DNA of 64,000 bases from Haliotis rufescens (taxonomy: Eukaryota): positions 59,024,001-59,088,000 of the forward strand of contig NW_025963890.1 of assembly GCF_023055435.1 (NCBI RefSeq), written 5' to 3'. A program made the position numbers and the translations under genes. Shown here one piece after another: positions 1-13,667 of the stretch; the stretch's first letter is position 1, and every line of letters starts with the position of its first letter. The notes beneath the pieces were generated by a model. The model was not told the DNA's origin and ran no database searches. It was given only the letters and a program-made list of their open reading frames with translations.

Positions 1-295
1 ATATAAATATGAATAGTCAATGTAAAAATATATGCTCTGTAAACTGATGAGCATTTAAATAAATATGCCAGGTCGAAGAGATATGACCAAAAGTGAAATG
101 ATTAAAGAATGTATGATACTAAAAAATGTAGATAACAATAACACGTGGTAACTATTTACCCCAAGATGTACGTACGGCATATAAAATCATAATTTTATAG
201 GCTCGTTTGAAATATAACTAATACAAGATTAAAAAGAAAAAAATGAAATAAACTACACTTATGTCAATTTTAAAATATCCATTTTTTCTCCACAG

Positions 296-3013
296 GTAGT
301 CAAGTTCGATAAGTTCCAGTTATGGCCAAACGGACATGCGCGGTACGTGTACAGCCCGGAACAGGAAGACGGCCGGCGTCATGTGAGCGGCTGGGCCATG
401 CGCAATACAAACAATCACAACTCACTTATTCTGAAGAAATCTTGCCTTGGCGTGCTTGTGTGTAACCTGGACTGTCTTCTAGAGAATGGCGAGAAGGTTC
501 ATCTCAGACCTGCTATTTGTGACAAAGCAAGAAGAAAACAAATGAGTGAGTAGTCTGAACGGCAATGTTAAAGAAGCAATTCTTTGAAGACACCGTCAAA
601 AGACATAATTGAAATCATTCTGAAAAAAGTTCCATAAAGCAATATAATAATGCAAGCCGAAGCTCAATGCGCCTTCTCGCTTGGAAGGTATGTCCCTGGG
701 ACAAAATTAGGGATATTGTACTCAGTTGATGTTTGTCTTACTTTGTTAAATCCTAATGGAGTAAAGTTTTAATCTCACATCCGTGTTTCTTCTTCAGACA
801 AACCCTGCCCGAATCCATCATGTTCTGGACGTCTGGAGTTGATGCCATGTCGGGGTCACTGTGGCTACCCGGTAACCCACTTCTGGCGACATCTCAATGG
901 GGCCATATATTTCCAGGCCAAAGGTTACCACGACCACCCCAGGCCGGAAGCCAAGTCAGTTGCAGAGAGTCGCCGCCATATAACCGGAAGTCGTCAGTGC
1001 AAGAGCGCAGGCGTAAGTATTATTGTGAGTGTGTGAGTGAGTGAGTGTGGTTTAACGTCGCTTTTAACAGTATTCCAGTAATATCGCGGCGTTAAGTATT
1101 ATGTAATGTATATTTCACATTAAAGATTAATAAAAGCACGGTATCAAATATTTATAGTTTGATTAAAATGTATTATTCCGATGTAAAGTTGCTTCACTAT
1201 TTGATGTGGATAATGCCATTGTAGTGTAGGGCAGGACGACAGCTAGTAACAGCGTTCAAAAACAATTTGATACCTCTGAATAATACATTTGAAACCTCAC
1301 GAATTCAATAAGAAAGTAAGATTTCAATGAATGTAACAGTATCAAATATACAATTACCTCTTAACTCCATTCATTGGACGCTAAGTAATAAATAGAAAAC
1401 AAAAACACAGATGTCCATATGAATCAATGAATTCATTTGTTTCACACACTCACTTTCTTCAGGTCCCGGATAATGTGTACACAGAACGTAAGCGTCACGC
1501 CAGTGAACCGTCCTTGGATATCGCCCAGAAGAAGTTCTTCTCCTCACAAACAGGTACGTCATACTATGTCAGCTCCTATCAGGTGATCAAGATATGTGCT
1601 CCATCTACTACGAGTCAAATATAGTTTCAAAATTAAGAGATTTGGCGGGGATGTTGAAACAAGACTTGGAATTATATCAACCTTTGTAATTGGGTACATT
1701 CTGCTATGCACAGTGATCGATGTTTCACCTTTGTTTTATATATATATTTTAATGCCAATCGTGTAGTCAAGAAGGTGTGTTTGCACATTGTGTTAAGGAT
1801 GTCTTAACGTGTAGAAATAAAATGTTTTTACTCTGTTACAGATGATGATGTTATGTGTTCCTGTCCGCCATTTGAGTGCACCTGCTCCAACTCCCGCTCA
1901 TATAAAGGTTTCCTGCCAACATGTGATATTTTCAAAGATCCTTACCAACCAAGTGCCTCCATTACGCAGATCAGCATCACTAATGCGCATGCGTCGACTC
2001 CTTCATTTGATCATCGGCTTCATGCTCCCGACTACAACCGGACACGAGCATCAACCTTCCATGGATCGTCTTCGTTTCTATACGACGAAGGAAAATTCCC
2101 ATCATACACCACAACTCAGCCATCTTTGTCTGTTTCCTGCTCGACAAACCAAGGGATAGGTCAGATCCCTAACTTCAGCTCTATGTTTGAACCAACCAGT
2201 CGTCAAAGAGATGACTCGTTATTCTTTAGGTCCGATCTATTCTCAAAGTCGTTTTATGACGCCCCAGAAATTGATCATAAGACGTCAGCTTTCATTCCAA
2301 CGCATTCCGACCCGTCAACTGGGTACACACGTTTTGATGATGTCACTAATATGGACGCTGCTAAAGGTAACAGTGGAGGTGTGAAGTCAGAGCCTGATCT
2401 GAGTGACCCTTTCAGCTTCTGTCCCAAGTCCCGCATTGGAAACATGTGCGAAGGACACATTGACAACTCGTTCTCAAAGTACACAGACAAGTTTCCAGAT
2501 ATTCCATCCATCCAATCCTCAGAAAGATATTTCTCTATCTATGGCGCCGAACAGACAAATCAAGACCGTGCTAGCAGTGCCTTCTTCTCCACGTGTAAGG
2601 CAAGTGACTCTCACGAAGCAACCGGTTCCTCGTCTCCTCCACGACGGCTTGAAGAATTGAAACCGGTTCAGCAAAAATCCCACCCAAACGAAGCCCCTAA
2701 AACGGCTTTTGATGTTCTTCAGAACAGTTTTGCCCATTCAAACAGCAAAGACACTGATATTCCTTGGATCCGGTTTCGTGAACCTCCCAGCTTTGCTTCT
2801 TCGTCAAGTTCCACACCAGGTTACGGGAACGGAAATTACAGGCAGTTACCTAAAACTGACACGCAAAATGCAAATATACATGGAAATGACGGAATCTCCA
2901 GACTTCCTCGTTACCACGGCGACTATCTTCAACACCAGAGTAACCAGTCGTATCAGAACATAAAGCAGCAACTATGTAATCATAGCATTAATATCACTCT
3001 AACCTATAACTAG
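296..3013 (+). CDS. gcm: Glial cells missing (GCM-domain) transcription factor, 5'-partial; coding exons 296-545, 798-1012, 1463-1553, 1842-3013
   Basis: Spliced translation gives the GCM domain: [58 protein letters not shown] / [44 protein letters not shown], with the Zn-binding Cys/His residues present. GT-AG introns have consistent phases (1,0,1). The last exon is Ser/Pro-rich and ends TAG at 3011-3013. The N-terminal WDIND exon is upstream of the window. Confidence 0.95.
1024..1092 (-). mobile_element. SINE 3'-tail fragment in a gcm intron
   Basis: (GAGT)n plus GGTTTAACGTCGCTTTTAACAGTATTCCAG, the reverse complement of the shared SINE tail. Flanked by direct repeat TAAGTATTAT (1014-1023, 1093-1102). 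Confidence 0.65.
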
Positions 3014-3530
3014 GAAACTGTACGTCAAACAATCAAGTTGTGATATTGTCAAATGTTCAGAAATTTTATTTATTTACATTTTTAAGGATGTCCCGTCCGC
3101 ACGGTCAACTATCTTCGTCCAATCACTGTCTAGACTGTCTATGACTTCCCTGTCTGATATCTGACACGGTCTAGTCAATTACTGAATCCAGTTTTGACAG
3201 ATCCAACTATACTGTCAATTTTGGTAAAATATAAATTATGTATAATAGCAAAGTTATTAATGCAGTATATAACTTATTGTCAGTCATATTGTCCATGGAC
3301 CCAGATACAAGAAAAATAAGTCTTGGCATTGAAACTGATCATCATGTCTTGAGTATAGCATAAATTCAATCTCGTGAAACCTTTTACATATGTACATATT
3401 TTTGTGTACATTATCGTTTCAAACAGCCAAATATTGTCCTTGTGAGTATATTCTTCTTGTGCACCAAGTGTAATTGTTACCTAATGTTATGGACCGTTGT
3501 CTCATTGATATTAGTGCCTTACCAAATGAT

Positions 3531-3536
3531 ATTAAA
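3531..3536 (+). other. Candidate polyadenylation signal of gcm (ATTAAA)
   Basis: ATTAAA ~520 nt after the stop, followed by T/GT-rich sequence. Confidence 0.3.
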
Positions 3537-3802
3537 GTTTTTGTTATTTGAAAGGTGCTATGTGAAGTCATGATAATTTACTTTATCATCAGCCGGGCTT
3601 TGCAATATTGCGAGTTATTGTGCCTTTGGATGCTGTTGTTGTCATGGTGTCATGAACATAGAGCATATCTAGAATGAAACGAATAAACTTGTTTCGTTGC
3701 AGATGTTTGAGTTGGAGTTTTGAATACCACACAACACGTGTGAGTGTGACCTGTTGAGTGCAATGCCTCTTTGAACAGTGTGTCAGTATGGGACGATAAC
3801 AG

Positions 3803-3968
3803 CTTAGAATAGGTCCCAAGTGAGCCATGCTATTCAGAGGCGACGACATGGATGGGATGGTCAGGCTCGGTGACTTGGTTGACTGCGTGTCATCGTATCT
3901 GACGTTGGGGAATGAAATAGTATCCGACTGTCGTGATATAGCTGGAATATTGCTGACTGCGGCGGTTA
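3803..3968 (+). mobile_element. Degenerate short retroelement, family D
   Basis: TAGAATAGGTCC...AGAGGCGAC...GGTCAGGCTCG.TGACTTGGTT...ATAGCTGGAATATTGCTGA matches the 13878-14115 element. Confidence 0.6.
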
Positions 3969-4023
3969 CTGACCGTGGCAACAAACATTATATATACATT
4001 TTTTTTAATTAAGTTTTTTTTTT

Positions 4024-4079
4024 GGGTGGGGTGGGGTGGGGTGGGGTGGGGTGGGGTGGGGTGGGGGGGGGGGGGGGGG
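4024..4079 (+). repeat. (GGGGT)n / poly-G tract, G-quadruplex-capable
   Basis: Directly visible. Confidence 0.85.
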
Positions 4080-4689
4080 TGAACTGTACAGAAATAAGAC
4101 ATATTTCCGAAGGCGTGGGTGCGGTGGCCCAGTCGTCACAAGCGCAGCGCTGAAATTCGCTGAGGAGATTTTCGCTCCTCAGTTGTGTCAGGATCCGCTG
4201 GCCGTGGGTTCAAATCTCAGTACCCGACTGATGATGATCATTGGTTTCTCAGAAGGGTGAGCGTTTATAATCTCAGCCCTCGCACTGCAAACCACAGACT
4301 TGAACCTGGTATTTCCTTGATATTTCCATAATCATAAGAAATCTCTGCTAAAAGATCATTGTTCGATTCCAACTATATCATAAGAATGTGTTTTTAAATC
4401 ACTAGGATGACACCAGGTGTTCGTTTAAGGTTATCCCGTCACAAACATATGCACAGACAAGTCAAATGTTCATCTTAAACTGCCCTATGCGCCTCAGGCC
4501 GTGGATGTGTTTAATTGTTGTGAAACATAAGACGATGGACATGTTGTAGACAGACCAAAGGGGATAATGACAACAACCCTAGGCTTCGAATCCCGTTAAC
4601 CAAACATGGCACCCATGACACAGCCACATGACAATCACTGACCCCATTACCTGTCACATACATTGAGAGACTAGCGAGACTAGCGAGAG

Positions 4690-4816
4690 ATTCCAGCAAT
4701 ATCACGGCGGGGGACACCAGAAATGGGCTTCACACATTGTATTCTTGTCGGGAATCGAACCCTGGTCTTCGACGTGACGAGCGAACGCTTTAACAACTAG
4801 GCTACCCGACTGCCCC
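4690..4816 (-). mobile_element. tRNA-derived SINE family A, tail-truncated
   Basis: Reverse complement of the 14471-14632 head and body. Confidence 0.85.
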
Positions 4817-5107
4817 TGAAATGTTTAGGAAAGTCCAAAGCACATTTTGATTATTTAGAACAAAACTCGAAACTATCTTTTTTATACTATATAAACCGTT
4901 TTGATGATGAATTGGATTGGATAGATCAATAGGCTCAGTAATTTTTTTTATGAATGACATTTCACCCCACCGATGCTGCGGTGTTGTTTAAAAAAAATAT
5001 GGTATATTCTGACCGATGTCACGAGAAATAAAAACACAAAACGTCATGTCAGTTGATGCAAAATACTTGCGTTATTTTTATTATTTTGATTTATATATCT
5101 TGTCTCA

Positions 5108-5269
5108 GGGGGCAGTGTGGTAGCCAAGTGGTTAAAGCGTTCGCTCGTCACGCCAAAGGCCTGAGTTTGATTCCCCATATGAGTACAATGTCTAAAGCCC
5201 ATTCTTGGTATCTCCCTACCAAACTGGAATATTGCTACAAGCGGCGTAAAACAATACTCACTTACTCAC
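5108..5269 (+). mobile_element. tRNA-derived SINE family A (diverged copy)
   Basis: A-box TAGCCAAGTGG, shared tail and (ACTC)n end. Target-site duplication (TSD) TCTTGTCTC at 5098-5106 and 5270-5278. Confidence 0.85.
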
Positions 5270-6074
5270 TCTTGTCTCTGGTCATATTTCACATTTCGGG
5301 AAATATTAGTTCTCATTGTGTAAAAAACTCAAAGCCAAAGTGACGTCTTTTCTGCTAGGAACCATAGTTATCAAGTGGAGTTTAATTGCCGCTTCAGAAT
5401 CTGACATTGAATGCTGAATCTTTGTTGTAGTTTACATTCCCTGCTCCAGACTCTAAGCTATTCTGCGTAAACCCAGACAATGTCCTTCTGATAGTGATAT
5501 AATCTCACCACAAGGGTATTCATTACAAAGCTATTCTTTTTACGCTTGACACGAGAAAGGTCACAAATATTGTCACGAAAATAATAGCTTCGTTCAACCG
5601 ATTTGCTTGAATGAACGCACGGACAACGGTCTCGCGGATAACACATCTAGTCGGGATGGTTCGTGATAAATGAATATTAATAAATATGTTAAACAACACA
5701 CCTATGGCGGGATGACAGGCGAGTGAAACTAAGAAGACATCACCTTGAGGAGTTCTCCTAACAGTACATGCAATTAATCATTTCTCGCTACTTATTTGCT
5801 TTCAAACAAGTAGAGACGCCAGCGTAGCACCTCTTCACTCGTTCACACACCCGAACTGTCTCGATGTGTCTCACCGAATGTTCTTTTATAATGAGCTATA
5901 TTAACGATCGATTTATAATCAGTGATTGGGATATGAATGAAGCAGGACTGATTCGTATTTCCTTCGGCGTGAATATACACCGGAAAGGGATCATAATTCC
6001 CACGAGAAACAAGAGTAAGTTATTTTCCCATTTTCCCATGGGTAATAGTCATATTTGAAGAAAACGGTGTATAC

Positions 6075-6500
6075 ATTCAATTGTAAGTCACTACAGTTAA
6101 GAAATGCATGTATACCTCCCACCGTAAGGCACACAAGTAAAGACAATGCATATATGCATTCAATTACAAATCACAACTAGAGACCATGCTATTTACTAAT
6201 GCAATGGCAAGTCACACAAATAACGACAATAGATGTATGCATACAACCACAAGTCACACAAATACAGATAATGCATGTATGCATGCAACCGCAAGTCGCA
6301 CAAGTAACGACAATTGATGTATGCATGCAACCGCAAGTCACACAAACAAAGACGTTGTATCTATGCATGCATGTCTTAAAGTAAATACAACTAATGTATG
6401 TAAACGAGTAGTGCTGAATGTCTCACAAGTAAGAATAGTATAATTCTTTTATGTAATAACTGTATATACTGATCGTCGCACAAGTAAGGACAACACGTGA
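6075..6500. repeat. Degenerate ~42-bp minisatellite (CAACCGCAAGTCACACAAGTAACGACAATTGATGTATGCATG)
   Basis: Four clear tandem units at 6202-6370 with decayed units on either side. Confidence 0.75.
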
Positions 6501-7879
6501 ATCCATGCAGTTTTCCATTACCGGAACATGGATACACACGATATAATTACTTAACTGTAAGAAACTAGATCAGATTCCAGATTTTAAAATTGCATCCAAG
6601 AGTGAAAGACTGACAAGTGTTTTTTGGCAAGTATTTATGCTTTCTCCATTGCACAAGACGCAGTTAACGTCCATGCATAGAAAACCCATGTAAATATAAA
6701 CGGAACATGTTTTTTTTTCATATCCTGAGCTTTTCCACTGAGAAATAGTTACGATACTCAAAAGTTAGGACGATAATCCGTTTTGATCATGCAATTAGTA
6801 TATTAATTTTGATTGATATCTTTCGCTCATGATTTTAAAGATAAAGAAACTACAGTGAAAAGGGGGCTATGAATATTTAGAAACAATTCGAACATAAAAG
6901 CTGTGAAAACGAAAAACGACGGAAGCTGTTTCGGAGAAAACATTTAACTGAAGAAACCGTTGACTTTAGAATATCTTTAAAATGAAACTGATATCTAAAA
7001 CATGCAAAAAAATGCTATCTACTTAAAATATCAGCTCAATGCCTATTATCTTGAAATTTAATAACAGGGTAATGCTGTTTAAATTTCCTAAAATGTGAGA
7101 AATTTTATTCTTGACACACGTGGATATAATGGCTTACTGGCACGCCATTGTGTTAAACAAAATATAATAACACATCAACTGCACTTGTGTACACTAATGC
7201 GCATGGATAATAGTCACATCCTTCAAATTCCCAGAAATTGAATCAACATTAAAAAAGCTTTTTCTATTTAAAACATATCCTAATAATACAGCGTTTTATC
7301 CATATTTATCTCACACACGCGTTCGCACTTTAAGGTATAAAGAAAGAAAAATATTAACGTAATGTTAGGAAGGAACAATGGGAAAATATTGACCCTTAGG
7401 TTTCAAATTGATGACCGTTGTCTAACACGGGATATTTAAGGGTGTTCCTTACTTGTGGGAGTGACCAAATACAGGGAAGGATATTTTGAAGCATGCCCTG
7501 ATAGATTGGTTTTGCGCCATCCTATTGTTGTAGGAGTATGTTCGTTGAAGAATCTGAGCCAGTGGTAATCCCTCGTATTGGTGTGGGGGATCTCATCATG
7601 GCGCGAACATGGTGTAATGGGAGGGCAGGAGGAGAAATTATGGAACTCAATACGTATCATGAATCGAAAAAGCACTGCAACTGAAATATGATGATGATAT
7701 AGAGTTTTTCGTGATGAGAGGATCACCGTGGCCTGTCAATATCGACAAAAAGGAATTCCTTGTCGCGTGTAACTTCAAAAGAAATCTTTGTAATGACAAA
7801 ATATAGGATGCTTTATTGGGAATTTTGCATATAAAGATATAATAAACTAGTTTGAAGAGAAAAATACGTTGCGAACGCA

Positions 7880-7945
7880 TTATTATTATCATTATTATTA
7901 TTTTCATTATCATTATTATTTTTATCATCATCATCATCATTATTA
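7880..7945. repeat. (ATT/ATC)n microsatellite
   Basis: Directly visible. Confidence 0.8.
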
Positions 7946-8027
7946 TAGACAAAAAAATGAATCATGTGTAGTATGCATGTAGGTGACATGTATTTGCGCA
8001 TGGTATATCATTCAGATATAATAACAA

Positions 8028-8173
8028 NNNNNNNNNNNNNNNNNNNNNNNNNNNNNNNNNNNNNNNNNNNNNNNNNNNNNNNNNNNNNNNNNNNNNNNNN
8101 NNNNNNNNNNNNNNNNNNNNNNNNNNNNNNNNNNNNNNNNNNNNNNNNNNNNNNNNNNNNNNNNNNNNNNNNN
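8028..8173. other. Assembly gap (146 N)
   Basis: Run of n characters. Confidence 1.
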
Positions 8174-10828
8174 GTTCTGTCTTTATCTATTTCGTGTGCG
8201 CAGTGTTTTTAACTTGATTCTGCTCTTGTGACTATGCTATGAATATGATAAAATTGACATTTTAAATCGAAAAAGAAAGATATTATTACGTGCTGTATAA
8301 TAATAGGACAGTATGTCTGAGACAGTTCGACACACAGTCATCATACCATACACTGAATTTGTGAATAGACCATACCTACTAACATCTGATTTATTTGTTT
8401 TTTGTTATTTATTTTATTTGTCACACTATGCATCTGTGATTTTAAAACTTTATTTCTATATTTTTTTAACTTATGACGCACATACATATGTAAATATCAC
8501 ATATCTGTGCAAGAGAATAACCAGCCTTGATTACCCGCAGAAACAGATTCCATTAGGTGAAGGGCGAAATAGCTGTGACATTTATATGAATGGCCCACTG
8601 AAGACCAGTGATGACACCAGGTGCATCCCATCTTTGTTCCCATGCCATGTTGTTTTACGTTAATAGCATCTTTAATGCATGCACACATTATATAAATAAA
8701 GGTATAAAATATATTTCACAGAAAAACCTTCTAGGAGCACGCCCACCCAACGTCCAAACCACACGGAACTAACAGTTACAGACTTTAAGTAAATGTAACT
8801 TGACGTACATGTAGGATAGTTGAACTTGAAAATGTATTTGTAATTTTATCTAGTCCAAAGCTAAAGAATATGATCAAAAGCAAAAGATAATATATGTTAA
8901 TAAACAACTGAACATTAATAACGATTATGATGTGAACTATATGACTTTACATCTTTGTAGTTCCTTTTGGGGACATTCATTTCACCCTAACTTGTGTAAA
9001 GAACACACACACATATATTTCTTAAAGTATGACATCTTTATGGGGACACATAAAACATCAGCACACATTAAATCTTCAATGGTAGGGTGAGAGGTTTCGA
9101 GCCATGTGCTTCTAGTTAATGATAAATATGAATGATCATAGATAACTTTGTCTGTCAGCATACCATACTCAAATGATTATACGTATATGTTATATACAGC
9201 GAATTTCATTGGTATGGCACGGATAAAATAACATAAATAATCTAAACACACATTGACAATATCTACAAATATTTACGCGAAAGACAATAACAGTGAACTA
9301 GGTCCGTGCAATGAACAAGGATTACATTAATTTTAAAACTTTACAGTTTCTTTATGTGTGAAATTCAAACTGACGTTCGCTGTCACAGGGGCATATCGGG
9401 TAATTGAGGCTAAATTAATGACAATCAAGTCCGGATCAAATTAATCCAAACAATACTTGGATGAACCAAGGGTAACTCAAGGGTATAATTGTCGGCCATC
9501 AAATCCCTATTTCCAACATGGCTGCGACGCCGGGGGCGGCCATATTTGTATTGTGTAAAATTAATGAAGCTCTTGAGCCATACCAGTTGATGTGAGCGCT
9601 CGCTGACACCGACAGTGGTCATTTTGGATGACATCACTACAAGGTACTGGTCACTTATTGTCCATCACTGACCTCTATCACCGGCCTACGGACGTCGGTC
9701 AGCTCGCGCAGTTTTTGGCTCGTGGCACGGACGTGATGTCGCGTGTCTCTATGGAGAACGATTTATATTTAACATTTTCATGTAACTCGCTAGCCATCAA
9801 CATGTCACACATGACACCATCTAAATCTGATTTGTAACTTTTGACAGCTGAGGTATAATGTCTAACACTGCCTGTTGTATTCGTGTTTGAAAAATTAATT
9901 ATCTTGTAATTATGGACATTAAACAATGCTAACACTAAATTAAATTAACAATAACTCCTTTTGAACAAAAACTACAATGGAAATATTCTTTCAAATACAG
10001 GAAAATGAATAATTAAGGCTTTATATAATGTATCGTTACGGTGGCACACAGATGATGAAATTTTAATTTAAAAAGAATTTATTAAAATGTTCTGAAATCA
10101 GGTCTGTGGGAAGGAATCATATTGAAAACTTAATAAACTTTCTAATCATTGGTTATTATTAAAGTTGACACTCTCTGAGTTTATATGGAATATCACACCA
10201 AAAAGGACCATGGGTTTGTCTGGTATTAAGATGAGTTCGATCAGCCAGCTATGAACCCCGGGAACAATACTACAACTTCATCAGCCCGGATATTAGATTA
10301 TGATTAGTTATGAATAAAAAAAACACGGCGTATTATGAAATGAACATGCACGTGCATGTCATGAGCGTAATTCATCTCAATCAGACACGCTTGACTTACA
10401 AAATACACACACTGACAGCCATTGGTCATCCCCGAGAGATTTTAATGTTTCCCTATTAGGGGCATTACGTGTAATTTCGTGACAAGAAAAGTATTTAGGA
10501 GATAATTAGTGTGCTAATATTTGACTTTACGCTGCCTCACGGCTGGCCGGACAGGTAACAGTTATCGATGTCTGCTTGTCGGGCTGTTGAAATTGCGTGT
10601 TCTAGCGTTTTAATACAAGTAGAAATAATCGTTGAATCTCATCATCATTTTGTAAACACGTGTTGCGTTATCCGAGCCACGTCATAGAACACAAAAATAT
10701 GCGGACATGACGAAACTTTTCCAACTGATTTTTATTTGTTTGGTAGGAATTTCTAAGAAGTTGACGGATGACAAAGTAGACACAATTTATGGAAAAAGAC
10801 TTCTTTAATATACAATCATGTATTTTCA

Positions 10829-10913
10829 TTTTAGTTTTTTGACATTTTCGCTTTTGTTTTTGACATTTTCGTTTTTGTTTTTGACATTTTCGTTTTAGTT
10901 TTTGACATTTTCG
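10829..10913. repeat. 21-bp tandem repeat x4 (TTTTTGACATTTTCGTTTTTG)
   Basis: Directly visible. Confidence 0.8.
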
Positions 10914-11378
10914 CGTCCCTTTTCAGCAATTCAGTATCTACTTTATACATGATTTATCACATATTTGTATGACAAGTCGTGTTAATTTGCAAAAGGTTAC
11001 GATAACAGTAAGTGAAATATCAAAATATTGGAAAACAGACTCCGTATCCCTTATGGGCCACCGTACGATCAAGATCAAATATGTCTGAAGTTGAATGAAC
11101 CAACACATCATTGATTGATTTATTTTAACAAACTTGACAATATTCTGGTAGAAGTCGCTCACCTCTGGCTATACATTAAGGCCTTTTTACAGACTTTCAA
11201 AAAGTAAGGTCCACTCATTTCCAGAAATAATATTAGTGACACAAACTGACTTATTCAATAACAGACCAAAACGTTTACTGTCTTTTGGTGTTAAAGCATT
11301 TGACAAGTTATTGACCAGTGAGTCATGCAATGCTGGTTTTTGTATTTCACAGAGCTCTTTGCAATAATACCAGGCGTT

Positions 11379-12074
11379 CACACAAAACTACTCCAGACCC
11401 TAAACTTAGATGGTTTCAGCTTAGATTGCTCCATAGAATTCTACCTGTTAATACTTATCTACTCAAGATGCATATTGTTGACAACTGTCTATGCACTTTC
11501 TGTAATGCCGAGCCAGAATCTATCCAACATCTGTTTTGGGACTGTAGGGTAAGCAAAAATTTCTGGAAAAGATTTTCACAATGGATTGAATCCAAGTGTC
11601 CACATACTGGCAAGATAAATCTTACTTCAGACCTAATTCTTTTTGGCTTTTCAAAACATTTCCACACTGATGATATTTTTGATCTGATACTCTCATTGGC
11701 CAACTTTCACATTTATAGATGCAAAATGAAAAATAAACAACCAACCATTACACATTTCCAAAATGAGGTTAAATATTATTACCAACTAGAAAAATATAGA
11801 CACTTTAATAAAGCCAAACAGACTGAATTCTATACGAAATGGGCTCCTTATGAAAACCTTTTGAAAATATAAACACTTGCTATTCCAAAACTTTACTAAA
11901 TATATATCCTGCATTCTGTCTTCATAAGTACTAAAGCTTCTAGTGAGTGTGAATGTGTGTATGGATGTGTGCGAATGATATGTACTTTCTTAAAAAACCC
12001 TGGTCATGTATTTTGACTCTTATCCAAACATGATGTACTTTTACCAGGAACAATAAAAAAAAAAAATAAAAAAA
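11379..12074 (+). mobile_element. 5'-truncated L1/Tx1-type LINE: ORF2 C-terminus (zf-RVT), 3'UTR, poly-A
   Basis: ORF carries KLRWFQLRLLHRIL and the zinc knuckle CTFCNAEPESIQHLFWDC, stop at 11872. AATAAA and A-tail at 12052-12074. 16-bp TSD AATAATACCAGGCGTT at 11363-11378 and 12075-12090. Confidence 0.9.
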
Positions 12075-12433
12075 AATAATACCAGGCGTTGATGTAATTC
12101 GCTCTGTCAGCTACCGTTGGTTGAATGGAGGGCGCGAAGTCGGTACCTCACCAATTGCATTCCTTATCAAACCATCCACGAGTATCGTGCTTGACAATAA
12201 AATCTTTCTTAAAATACACAAGCGCAATTAAACAAAACACCTTGGAAAGCGTTATGTTTACCATTTACCTGATCTCAGTTGATCAGTTCAGGACATTTAA
12301 CATTAAATTCATCTGGAATAGTGTTCCACATATTTTGTAATGAGAAATGTTTTTCTTGATTCGAAATATGTTTCGTTTTGGGTGTTAGGTTTGAGTTACT
12401 ATAACTAACATCAAAGTCATTCACAGTGAGGGA

Positions 12434-12604
12434 GGGGCGGTCAGGTAGCCTTGTGGTTAAAAGCGTTCGCTCGTCACGCCGAAGACCCGGGTTCGATTCC
12501 CGACATGGGTACAATGTGTTTAGCCCATTTCTGGTGTCCCCCGCCGTGCTATTGCTGGAATAATGCTAAAAGCGGCGTAAAATCAAACTCATTCACTCAC
12601 TCAC
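12434..12604 (+). mobile_element. tRNA-derived SINE family A
   Basis: A/B boxes (TAGCCTTGTGG, GGTTCGATTCC) and (ACTC)n tail. TSD TCACAGTGAGGGA at 12421-12433 and 12605-12617. Confidence 0.92.
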
Positions 12605-13667
12605 TCACAGTGAGGGAATACCTCGAGGTGAGTGGACTCGACTTGATCACATACTTGGAAAGCGCTGGATATAGGAAAGGTGCATTCAGAGCAAAGAACG
12701 TATTCCACAACACTTTGTCCGCAATTCGCAAAACAGGTTTTTCTGTTTGCACCCATGTCGTCGAAGAGCAGATCATTGCAGATGCTCATTCCAGGGTGTT
12801 TACAAAAGTCGATAACCGCGACTATTCACAACCCAATCATGTGAATATATGTCATCAATGATAATTGAGGTCTTCATCAATCGGAATGTATATGGGGTCG
12901 TCATTCTAAGCACAGTCGGGAACTGAAGAAGTTCGGGTGTTAAACTCTCCCTTTATATAACGACATGGCACCCAATATATTAAGAAATCTTTAATTCTAG
13001 CAATATCGGCTTCCACAACGGAAACATGTTTTCGTGGGAGTAATCACTGGATCCAGTGGGTGAGAAGTACATCACGCCGAGTATTAGTAGAATATCGTTA
13101 GAAGGGGTCTCTAACATCGTCCGCATCACATTGACAGAACTGCTCTGGAAAACCGTCACAAAAGTTGAAATATCCTGTTTGACCAGAACTAACATGCGAC
13201 AAATCACTCTCAATTTCTCTATGCTATTCTGCATAATATATTCATAACCAGGAAGGTTGAAATGATCACTATCTTCTGTCCCAAGATGTCATATAGTAGA
13301 ATAAATCTTGCACGATTATTTATTTTAGACCTTTGCAATGCCGCAATGAACAATGTAATGTGTGTAGATTTACGGAAAACATGTTTCCTCGCGTCTGGAT
13401 AAAGGTTTGAGAGTTTTGACAGTTACCAGTTTGTAAACCAATCTGTATTTCCTTTTCTACCTTGTTCTTGTTGTAACGGAGCACGGGGGAACTTGTCCTC
13501 TCCCCTTGTCTGATCCAGGAAAGGTTTCGCCTGATTTCACGCACGTGCGGAGGGACATCATGTGACACATATACTTTCAGTCCTTTAGTTTTCCCAAGGA
13601 TTTCACTTCCAGTTTCTGATTATTGTTCTTGAATGTGACAGTGGGGGTACCCCGATTCCTTGATGGT

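Larger units (their letters stand above)
10950..13650 (-). mobile_element. Decayed APE-endonuclease LINE (ORF1 end, endonuclease, linker), interrupted by later insertions
   Basis: Minus-strand fragments in LINE order: ORF1-like SHDVPPHVREIRRNL..LRYNK (13.5 kb); endonuclease motifs FNLPGYEY, ILGVMYFSP, GEFNTRT, VVNSRGYRLL, TCFANCGQSVVEYVLCS; then GWFDKEC and DSKRF..ISGNEW..F. Many stops and frameshifts. Confidence 0.7.

Noticed and set aside
4115-4225. tRNA-Ser/Leu-like sequence
   Set aside because: Degenerate, related to the SINE B head, and no credible cloverleaf.
6202-6370. CRISPR-like periodicity
   Set aside because: Contiguous tandem units without unique spacers, in eukaryotic DNA with no cas genes.
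9390-9800. Possible gcm 3' enhancer (clustered TAAT motifs, locally GC-richer)
   Set aside because: Short motifs are expected by chance in AT-rich DNA; cannot be supported without cross-species conservation.
11318-11872. Host gene for a 184-aa zinc-finger protein
   Set aside because: Bounded by a TSD and poly-A; it is the 3' end of a LINE ORF2 and its start lies in flanking DNA.
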